Of a stretch of 41,681 nucleotides of DNA, positions 16,421-23,664 are shown piece by piece. Within the stretch, counting starts at the first letter, position 1. Each line of letters begins with the position of its first letter. The translations under genes were made by a program, and so were the position numbers. Below the pieces are notes generated by a model. The model was given only the letters and a program-made list of their open reading frames with translations, was not told the DNA's origin and ran no database searches. Origin of the DNA: an uncultured Rhodothermales bacterium (GTDB lineage Bacteria > Bacteroidota > Rhodothermia > Rhodothermales > UBA10348); NCBI GenBank assembly GCA_964466675.1, contig CAYXSE010000004.1:1-41681 (forward strand). The letters run 5' to 3'.

Positions 16421-18471
16421 GGTCGGTAGGCATTATTCAGGCTCGCATGAACTCCTCGCGATTGCCGGGCAAGGTTCTGATGCCGCTCGCAGAGGAGCCG
16501 GTGCTGGGGCATGTGGTGAGGCGTCTTTCATCCTGTACTCAGGTGACAGAGGTTGTGGTAGCTACCTCCACCGAGGAGGCGGACGATGCCATCGAGGAGT
16601 TCTGCAGGGTTCGCGAAATTCATTGCTACAGAGGGAGTCTGGACGATGTCTTGGACCGTCATGTGCAGGCCGCCCGCCTATTTCAGGCTGACTACGTGGT
16701 CCGGATCACCTCGGATTGTCCTGCTTTCGATGCGACGATTGTGGACGCGCTTGTGGTCGCGGCCATCGCGGGCTCCTATGACTGTTACGGCTTGATCGGC
16801 GACTATCCGGACGGGCTGGATTGCACGGTCTACAGCATGACGGCCCTGGAGACGGCCTCGAAAGAAGCATCACTCCCAACCGATCGGGAGCATGTCAGCA
16901 TGTTTCTGGAAAAGAACCCCCATCGCTTCCGGACGGGGGGATTGTCCGTGTTCTCCGGGCTGGCCAGTCACCGCTGGACCCTTGACGAGAGGGAAGACTA
17001 CGAATTCTTGAGCGAGGTATTCGACCGCTTGGAGGACCCGGCCGCGCCCTCACTGACCAATGAGATCCTGGCCATGCTTCGGGCCGACCCTTCGCTGTCC
17101 GCCAAAAATCGCGGGTTGTCGAGGAACGCAGGGTGCCAGCCGGAAAGTTTTCGATCGCCGGTCGAAACACACACGGGTCCCGCCCTCTATCGGGAGGCAA
17201 AACGACTCATCCCGGGCGGGACGCAGCTCTTATCCAAGCGCCCGGAGATGTTTGCTCCCGATGTGTGGCCGTCGTACTACTCCCGGGCCAAAGGATCCAC
17301 AATCTGGGACCTGGACGGAAACGAGTATACCGACATGAGCATCATGGCGGTCGGCGCCTGCATCCTTGGTTATGCGGACGATGAGGTGGACGAGGCGGTG
17401 AGAGAGGCCGTAGCCAGGGGCGTCAATACCACGCTGAACTGCCCAGAAGAGGTTGAACTCGCCCGGGAGATGTGTCTGTTGCATCCGTGGTTTGACATGG
17501 TCCGGTATGCTCGTGGCGGCGGCGAGGCGATGTCCATGGCGATTCGAATCGCCCGAGCCTCGACCGGTCGCGACCTGATTCTCTTTAGCGGATATCATGG
17601 GTGGGGGGACTGGTACCTGGCCGCGAATTTGGCCGATGACTCAAGCCTGGATGGGCACCTGATGCCGGGATTGCGACCGAACGGGGTGCCCCGGGGGTTG
17701 TCAGGAACCGCCGTTCCTTTTCTGGTCGAGGATATCGAGTCCCTGAAGGAGGCATGCCGAGGAAGGGAAGAGGAGGTCGCAGCCATTGTCATCGAGCCGG
17801 CTCGAGCTCACGAGGCCCCCGTCGAGTATCTGTCGGCGTTGCGTGAGGTAGCCAGCGAGTTGGGAGCGGTTCTGGTTTTTGACGAGATCACAAGCGCCTT
17901 TCGGATGTGCGCAGGAGGCATCCACCGTCGATATGAGGTCTACCCGGATGTGGCCGTGTTTGCGAAATCAATGGCAAACGGGTACGCGATGGCGGCCGTT
18001 CTTGGCACAGAGGCCGTGATGCAAGCGGCCCAGACGACGTTCATTTCCAGCACAAACTGGACGGAAAACATAGGGCCGGCGGCCGCGCTGGCGACGCTTC
18101 GGAAATACAAGCGAGAGCGTGTGGAAGACCACATTATTCCCTTGGGCACGGGTGCGAAGGAGGTCTGGAACCGGGCCGCTAAAGTCTCGGGCTTACAGGT
18201 CTCTACGTCGGGCATTCCCACCTTGGCCGGGTTCAGCTTCGATCATCCGTCGAACCGAGCGATGACCACCCGATACGTGATCGAGATGCTCAAGAAGGGT
18301 TTCCTGGCTTCGAACCAGTTCAAGCCTTCTTTTTCCCACACTTGGCGGGACCTGAAGCGTTTTGAAGAAGCGGTGACTCCTACTTTCGAGTTGCTTGCCT
18401 CACTTCCCGAGGACCACCTGCTCGAGTCGCAACCGGCACATTCGGGTTTCTTCAGATTGACCAAAGAGTAG
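16417..18471 (+). CDS. Bifunctional fusion: N-terminal acylneuraminate/SpsF-type cytidylyltransferase and C-terminal class-III PLP aminotransferase (glutamate-1-semialdehyde aminomutase-like)
   Basis: N-terminal domain: MRSVGIIQARMNSSRLPGKVLMPL...VVATS...RITSDCP. C-terminal domain, from about nt 17170: LIPGGTQLLSKRP...WDLDGNEYTDM...GYADDEV...SGYHGW...AAIVIEP...LVFDEITSAFR...DVAVFAKSMANGY (PLP Lys). The ATG at 16417 forms an ATGA overlap with the upstream stop. Confidence 0.8.
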   Translation: MRSVGIIQARMNSSRLPGKVLMPLAEEPVLGHVVRRLSSCTQVTEVVVATSTEEADDAIEEFCRVREIHCYRGSLDDVLDRHVQAARLFQADYVVRITSDCPAFDATIVDALVVAAIAGSYDCYGLIGDYPDGLDCTVYSMTALETASKEASLPTDREHVSMFLEKNPHRFRTGGLSVFSGLASHRWTLDEREDYEFLSEVFDRLEDPAAPSLTNEILAMLRADPSLSAKNRGLSRNAGCQPESFRSPVETHTGPALYREAKRLIPGGTQLLSKRPEMFAPDVWPSYYSRAKGSTIWDLDGNEYTDMSIMAVGACILGYADDEVDEAVREAVARGVNTTLNCPEEVELAREMCLLHPWFDMVRYARGGGEAMSMAIRIARASTGRDLILFSGYHGWGDWYLAANLADDSSLDGHLMPGLRPNGVPRGLSGTAVPFLVEDIESLKEACRGREEEVAAIVIEPARAHEAPVEYLSALREVASELGAVLVFDEITSAFRMCAGGIHRRYEVYPDVAVFAKSMANGYAMAAVLGTEAVMQAAQTTFISSTNWTENIGPAAALATLRKYKRERVEDHIIPLGTGAKEVWNRAAKVSGLQVSTSGIPTLAGFSFDHPSNRAMTTRYVIEMLKKGFLASNQFKPSFSHTWRDLKRFEEAVTPTFELLASLPEDHLLESQPAHSGFFRLTKE

Positions 18472-19349
18472 TGTCAGTCCCACCCTTCATCGCTGAGGTC
18501 TCCAGCAACCACCACCGTGATCTGGGTCGGTGTCTGCGGTTCGTCGATTCGGCGGCGGACATTGGCTGCGCGGCCGTCAAGTTCCAACTGTTCCACGCGC
18601 GCCAACTCTTCGCTCCGGAGATCATGGCCAAGAGCGAATTTCACCGGAGACGGGAGGACTGGGAACTGCCTGAGTCCTTCCTGCCGGAGCTATCGAGGCG
18701 TGCTCACGATCGGGGAATCGGGTTTTCGTGCACTCCGTTTCATCTGGGCGCCGTGGAGGCCGCCGCTCCGTTCGTGGATTTTTTCAAGGTCGCCTCCTAT
18801 GAACTGCTCTGGCATGGGCTTCTGCAGGCGTGCGCCGGCACGGGCAAGCCGGTGGTTCTTTCGACAGGGATGGCGACGATGGAAGAGATTGAATCTGCGG
18901 TCGCCTGCCTTCGTGTCGCCGGATGCCGCGATCTGACGCTTCTGCATTGCGTCTCCGCGTATCCGGTTGATCCGGGAGCGTGCAACCTGGCCGCGATCGA
19001 GACGCTTCGGTCCACGTTCGATTGCCCGGTGGGGTGGTCGGACCATAGTGTTCGTTCGGGTGTCATCATGCAAGCCGTACTGCGATGGGGCGCGGCGATG
19101 GTAGAATTCCACCTGGATCTGGACGGCGAGGGGGACGAGTACGCAGCCGGTCATTGTTGGCTGCCGGGGCCTATTGAGCGGGTGATCCTAGCGCTGCAAC
19201 AGGGGTCTGATGCCGACGGTTCTGGCCAGAAGGTGCCCGCTCCCGCGGAAATGGCGGACCGGGAATGGAGAGCGGATCCGTCCGATGGATTGAGACCACT
19301 GCTCTCGACGCGGGCGGATTGGGATTCTGAGGAAGCGAGCCGAAAATGA
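18471..19349 (+). CDS. NeuB-family PEP-condensing synthase-like protein lacking the C-terminal SAF domain
   Basis: FIAEVSSNHHRDL, AVKFQLF, FKVASYE, VLSTGMAT, LLHCVSAYP, VGWSDHS and MVEFHL track the NeuB TIM-barrel motifs. The protein ends after a ~60-aa unrelated acidic/Arg-rich tail instead of a SAF domain. The GTG start overlaps the upstream stop by 1 nt. Confidence 0.7.
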   Translation: MSVPPFIAEVSSNHHRDLGRCLRFVDSAADIGCAAVKFQLFHARQLFAPEIMAKSEFHRRREDWELPESFLPELSRRAHDRGIGFSCTPFHLGAVEAAAPFVDFFKVASYELLWHGLLQACAGTGKPVVLSTGMATMEEIESAVACLRVAGCRDLTLLHCVSAYPVDPGACNLAAIETLRSTFDCPVGWSDHSVRSGVIMQAVLRWGAAMVEFHLDLDGEGDEYAAGHCWLPGPIERVILALQQGSDADGSGQKVPAPAEMADREWRADPSDGLRPLLSTRADWDSEEASRK

Positions 19350-20383
19350 CACGAACAGTCATCATTCGTTGTGACGCCTCGCCCGAGATCGGATTTGGGC
19401 ATCTGGTCCGCTGTCTGGCCCTGGCCGAGGGGCTGAGGCAAATTCCCGACTGGAAAATCCTGTTCGCGATGAATGGCGGGGCGCTGGAAATGGTCGAGGA
19501 GGCGGGATTCTGTGTAATTCAGCCGCAGGGCGGATTCTCCCCCAGCTATGGCGAGGATGAATGGCTTGAATCTCTTGTAGGGGACGAGGCCGCCTCCATC
19601 GTCATCCTGGATGTCAGAACGGACCTCACTGCCCGGCTGCTGCGAGAGCGTCATCCAGACTGCGTGATCGTCGTCCTCGATGATCCCGGAGAGCGTAGAC
19701 TCAGCGCCGACCTGGCCTTCTATCCGCCCGCGCCACAGATGGCGGAAATGACCTGGGACGGGTTTCGAGGGAGTCTGTATTCCGGCTGGGAGTGGGTGAT
19801 TCTGCGGTCGGATTTCGATCGACCTCGAGCTGCTTCTGCTTCGCGCGAGACAGGCGTCCCCCGAGTTCTGGTTACCATGGGAGGAAGCGATCCAGCCGGA
19901 CTGACTCTACCGGTTCTCAGGGCCCTGACTGCACTGGGCGACAATTTCGATGCAGACGTGGTTCTTGGCCCCGGTTTTCAGGAGGAGGAGGCTGTTCGGT
20001 CGTACATCATGGAATCGGGATCGAGATTCCGAATCCTGACACAAACAAGGTCTATGGCCGACCTCATGGAGGCGTCTGACCTTGCGATCGCCTCTTTCGG
20101 CATGTCCGCCTACGAACTTGCAAGCCTGGGTGTCCCGGCCGTCTACCTGTGCCTCTCCGGTGATCATGAGGCGTCGGCCGGGGCCTTCGTGGCGGCTGGC
20201 ATTGCGGTCAGTCTGGGGCACCACCGGTCCGTATCGGCAGCACAGATTCAGAGTGCCACGAGATCGCTGCTCGTGGATTCGCCCGCCAGACGCCTCATGG
20301 GATCGTTGGCCCGCAGCACGGTGGATGCCAAGGGAGCCGGCCGCATTACAAAGGTGATTCAAGAGCGTGCCGAGGCCGGATGA
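19346..20383 (+). CDS. pseG: PseG/SpsG-like UDP-sugar hydrolase (GT-B fold)
   Basis: VIIRCDASPEIGFGHLVRCLALAEGL is the characteristic PseG N-terminus. The C-terminal half is MurG-like (VLVTMGGSDP...IASFGMSAYELASLGVPAV). ATGA overlap with the upstream stop. Confidence 0.75.
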   Translation: MTRTVIIRCDASPEIGFGHLVRCLALAEGLRQIPDWKILFAMNGGALEMVEEAGFCVIQPQGGFSPSYGEDEWLESLVGDEAASIVILDVRTDLTARLLRERHPDCVIVVLDDPGERRLSADLAFYPPAPQMAEMTWDGFRGSLYSGWEWVILRSDFDRPRAASASRETGVPRVLVTMGGSDPAGLTLPVLRALTALGDNFDADVVLGPGFQEEEAVRSYIMESGSRFRILTQTRSMADLMEASDLAIASFGMSAYELASLGVPAVYLCLSGDHEASAGAFVAAGIAVSLGHHRSVSAAQIQSATRSLLVDSPARRLMGSLARSTVDAKGAGRITKVIQERAEAG

Positions 20384-21645
20384 AGGGTGGCAGGAAGGCC
20401 ATATTCGAGCTGCCAGCAGGGCCCAGGGCGTCAGAGTTCGGAATCCCGACCGCTGTCATCTTCGGTTCGGGTAGTCTGCTGGAAATAGATCCGCCTGAGG
20501 GTCCCATTTTGTTCGTCGTCAGCGAATCTGTGGCGACTGAGGTAGTAGAGGAGCTAGCGGACCGCTGGCATGCTCGGGGTCACGAAGTGATTACCGTGGT
20601 GAAACCGCCAGGGGAGCCGGAGTCGGCGGATGTGGATCGTGTTGCGGCCGGTGTCTCAGGCCTGATGGGCCGGGGCGACTTGGGGCGCGGACCTCAATCC
20701 GTCGTCGGCCTGGGCGACGCAGCGCGGGGGCCTCGATCCGTGGTCGGCCGGGACGACGCACGGCGCGCGCCTCGATCCGTCGTCGGCCTGGGAGGCGGAA
20801 GTGCGCTTGATTTTGCGAAGGGCCTGGCCGCGCTGAATGATGCCGAGTGTTCCATCACAGACTTCGAGTTCGGCCGAGAGCAGATCGGAACCCCGTTGCC
20901 ACTCTATTTGGCCCCTTCCACCTGCGGGTCTGGTAGCGAAGTGACACCCTACGCTGTATTCACCAATACCCATACGCGGAGGAAGTTTACACTCGCCCAC
21001 CCGGCGCTGAGGGCGGTGTCGGCGAACGTCGACCCAGACCTGCTAGATTCGCTTCCCCCCGGGGCACGACTGGGGACGTCTCTGGACGCGTTCACGCACT
21101 GTCTGGAGGCCCTCCTCAATCGGGCGGGGCCCGGTAGCGCGACGCGCATTGCCGAGGCCGGTCTGCAGATCGCTTGGCGGCGCATCAAGAAGGTCAACCT
21201 CACCCGAGAAGACCTTGTCGATCTGTCGAGGCTATCAGTTTATGGCGGAGTAAGCATTTCCCACCGTCGAACAGGCTTGATCCACACCCTCTCTGTGGCG
21301 TTTTCCAGCCTTACGAGTGTTTCGCACGGTATCTTGAACACGCACCTGCTTCCCTTTGCCATTTCACACAACCTGCCGGGTTATTCAGGACTGCTCTCTG
21401 CGGTAGTTTCCAAAATGACCGGGCGAGCCCCGTCCACCGACCAGCGCGCGATGGCAGAGTTGACAGCGTGGACAAGGAGCCTGGTCGGATCGACCCTCCC
21501 GTTCTCCGGCGAATCGGTTCGAAAGAACCAGGATGACCTGGTAGCTCGGATTCTTCAGGATTCAGGCCTTCCAGGAGTGAGCCATGCCGAAATTTCCGCC
21601 TCCACACTCAGGTCACTAGTTCTACGGATCGCCGATGCGGCTTGA
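20380..21645 (+). CDS. Iron-containing (group III) alcohol dehydrogenase family protein with an internal tandem-repeat insertion
   Basis: GLGGGSALDFAKG (GGGSxxDxAK), LDAFTHCLEAL and SHGILNTHLLPFAISHN metal/NAD motifs. ATGA overlap with the pseG stop. Confidence 0.8.
   Translation: MKGGRKAIFELPAGPRASEFGIPTAVIFGSGSLLEIDPPEGPILFVVSESVATEVVEELADRWHARGHEVITVVKPPGEPESADVDRVAAGVSGLMGRGDLGRGPQSVVGLGDAARGPRSVVGRDDARRAPRSVVGLGGGSALDFAKGLAALNDAECSITDFEFGREQIGTPLPLYLAPSTCGSGSEVTPYAVFTNTHTRRKFTLAHPALRAVSANVDPDLLDSLPPGARLGTSLDAFTHCLEALLNRAGPGSATRIAEAGLQIAWRRIKKVNLTREDLVDLSRLSVYGGVSISHRRTGLIHTLSVAFSSLTSVSHGILNTHLLPFAISHNLPGYSGLLSAVVSKMTGRAPSTDQRAMAELTAWTRSLVGSTLPFSGESVRKNQDDLVARILQDSGLPGVSHAEISASTLRSLVLRIADAA
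20668..20784 (+). repeat. 39-bp in-frame tandem repeat x3, plus the ancestral partial unit downstream
   Basis: Units at 20668-20706, 20707-20745 and 20746-20784 encode GRGDLGRGPQSVV / GLGDAARGPRSVV / GRDDARRAPRSVV. GLGGGS follows directly. The units are diverged, with several substitutions each. Confidence 0.9.
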
Positions 21646-22147
21646 CCAAAAAGAGAGGCCCGTTTTCGACCGCAGGGCGTCCGGGGCAGAGTTTGCTCGG
21701 ACCCTCACGGCCTCATGTGATTGGTTCGCAGGAGTGCCAGACAGCGTCTTTCGGCGCGTCATCCCGCATCTTCCGGACTGGCATTTTGCACCCCGGGAAA
21801 ATCACGCGATATCGATGGCATTCGGCGCGCGCCTGGCCGGATTGATGCCCGCGGTGTTGATGCAGAACAGCGGCGTTGGGCTGAGTGTGGATGCGCTGCT
21901 CGGGACCTTCCGACTGTACGGGCAGGGCTTGCTACTCGTGGTGTCGAATAGAGGCGTCCTTCCATGGGAAGAGATTCAGCACCAGGACTGGGGCAAGGTC
22001 ACCATGCCCATGTTGGACGCGTTGAACATCGACCGGGTCTCCTTCGACGATGAGGGGCTCGCGGGAGTCCAGCGCGCGAGCGAAATGGCCGTACGGGAGC
22101 GGGCCATCGTTGCACTCACCATCGAGAGGGGCAATATCGATGAGTGA
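21635..22147 (+). CDS. ThDP-dependent decarboxylase, alpha (N-terminal pyrimidine-binding) subunit; sulfopyruvate/phosphonopyruvate decarboxylase-like
   Basis: 170 aa: FAGVPDSVFRRVIPHL...APRENHAISMAFGARLAGLMPAVLMQNSGVGLSVDAL...LLLVVSNRG resembles ComD and the Ppd N-terminal half. It overlaps the upstream gene by 11 nt. Confidence 0.7.
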   Translation: MRLDQKERPVFDRRASGAEFARTLTASCDWFAGVPDSVFRRVIPHLPDWHFAPRENHAISMAFGARLAGLMPAVLMQNSGVGLSVDALLGTFRLYGQGLLLVVSNRGVLPWEEIQHQDWGKVTMPMLDALNIDRVSFDDEGLAGVQRASEMAVRERAIVALTIERGNIDE

Positions 22148-22607
22148 TCGTGCCCGGGCCATCGGTGAGATTTTGGAGGCTAACTCCCAGGCGTTCGTGG
22201 TGCTGAGCAACGGGCTGACCTCGAGGGAAGCCGCGCATTTTCACCGGTCCTCACGATGCTTCTACATGCTGCATGGCATGGGGGAGGCGTTGGCCGTCGG
22301 CATCGGGTTGGCGAAGGCTCGTCCGGACATAGAGGTCGTCGTCATTGAGGGAGACTACAACGCCCTCATGGGACTGGCGTCCTGGAGCCTGATGCCCGTT
22401 CCAAATCTGGAGTACTACGTGCTCCAGAACGGTGTCGCCGAGACGACGGGGGGCCAGCCGGTCCCGGCCCTCCCCGCTCTTCCATCTTGGTGTCGCACCG
22501 TAGACATAGAGGCTGGCATGGCCCAGACGCCAAATCCTCCATCGCCAGAAAGCATCTGGAAGGATTGTCAACAGTGGCTAAAACAGACGACGCAAGAGAT
22601 TGAGTAG
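22140..22607 (+). CDS. ThDP-dependent decarboxylase, beta (C-terminal pyrophosphate-binding) subunit; sulfopyruvate/phosphonopyruvate decarboxylase-like
   Basis: MSDRARAIGEIL...VVLSNGLTSREA...MLHGMGEALAVGIGLAKARPDIEVVVIEGDYNALMGL (ThDP-binding GD..N-type motif). The ATG at 22140 overlaps the alpha-subunit stop. The track start at 22050 was rejected. Confidence 0.7.
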   Translation: MSDRARAIGEILEANSQAFVVLSNGLTSREAAHFHRSSRCFYMLHGMGEALAVGIGLAKARPDIEVVVIEGDYNALMGLASWSLMPVPNLEYYVLQNGVAETTGGQPVPALPALPSWCRTVDIEAGMAQTPNPPSPESIWKDCQQWLKQTTQEIE

Positions 22608-23664
22608 AAGGACGTCATTCCCCACCGCCCACGGTTCCTTCGAGATCGGTGAAGGCCTGCCCACCTACCTGATCGCGGAGATCGGCCTCAACCACAACGG
22701 TAGCGAGGAGTTGGCGCGCGAGTTGATCTACGAAGCGTCACTGGCAGGGGCCAGTTTCGTCAAATTTCAAAAGCGCGATCCGTCGAGTCTCGCCACCGCC
22801 GCGTTTCTGGATGCGCCGTTCGAAAAATGCCCCCTGCTCGGGAGCACCCAGCGGCAGGTGAGGGAGCAGCTGGAGTTGTCCCTGGAGGCCTATGAGAGAC
22901 TGGCCGCGTACTCAGCCAGCCTGGGTCTGGTGTTTTTTGCATCCGCATTCGACATCCCAAGCCTCCATTTTCTGGTCGATGCGGGCGTTGAGATAATAAA
23001 GATTGCCAGCCACAGCATTACCAACGGCCCACTCCTGGAGCGGGTGGCCGAGTTGAGAATGCCGGTGGTCGCGAGCTTAGGTGGGGCTACGGGCGAGGAG
23101 CAGGATCGAGCCGTCGAGATACTGTCGGGCAACCCGTTGGTGCTGCTCCATTGTGTGAGTTCCTATCCCACTCCCGACGCGATCGCTCGCCTCGATACGA
23201 TCGGGTATCTATCCAGTCGATACGGGGTGCCGGTTGGCTTTTCGAGTCACGAGGTCGGGACCGAAGTGTCCGTCGCCGCCTCTGTGCTGGGGGCCAGTCT
23301 TGTTGAACGCCATTTCACTCTTTCCCGCTCCATGGTTGGACTGGACCATACAATCAGCCTGGAGCCCAGTGAGTTCGCCGATATGGCGCAGAAGATTCGC
23401 AGACTCCACTCTTGCCGGGGGGTCTCAATGGGGCTGGACGATGGAGAGATGGGAGCCCGAAATAACTACCACGTCAGTATCTGTTCTCTTCACGACATAG
23501 AGGCTGGCACGACACTGGAAGCTTCGATGCTGGCCTGCAAGCAGCCTCTTCGCGATTCAGGCCTCTACTTTACCGGCCTGGAACTGGAGGCTGTAGTCGG
23601 ACATGTGACGAACACGGACCTGAAGGCCGATTCGCCTATCCCGCGAGCCGCCATCACCGCGTAA
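22600..23664 (+). CDS. pseI: Nonulosonic acid synthase (NeuB/PseI family) with a C-terminal SAF domain
   Basis: TYLIAEIGLNHNGS, FVKFQKRDP, IKIASHS, VASLGGAT, LLHCVSSYPTP, VGFSSHE and VERHFTL, plus a SAF-like C-terminus (ICSLHDIEAGTTLEASML). Whether it is a Pse-, Leg- or Neu-type synthase cannot be told by eye. The symbol is given from context (pseB/C/G neighbours). TTG start. Confidence 0.8.
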   Translation: MSRRTSFPTAHGSFEIGEGLPTYLIAEIGLNHNGSEELARELIYEASLAGASFVKFQKRDPSSLATAAFLDAPFEKCPLLGSTQRQVREQLELSLEAYERLAAYSASLGLVFFASAFDIPSLHFLVDAGVEIIKIASHSITNGPLLERVAELRMPVVASLGGATGEEQDRAVEILSGNPLVLLHCVSSYPTPDAIARLDTIGYLSSRYGVPVGFSSHEVGTEVSVAASVLGASLVERHFTLSRSMVGLDHTISLEPSEFADMAQKIRRLHSCRGVSMGLDDGEMGARNNYHVSICSLHDIEAGTTLEASMLACKQPLRDSGLYFTGLELEAVVGHVTNTDLKADSPIPRAAITA

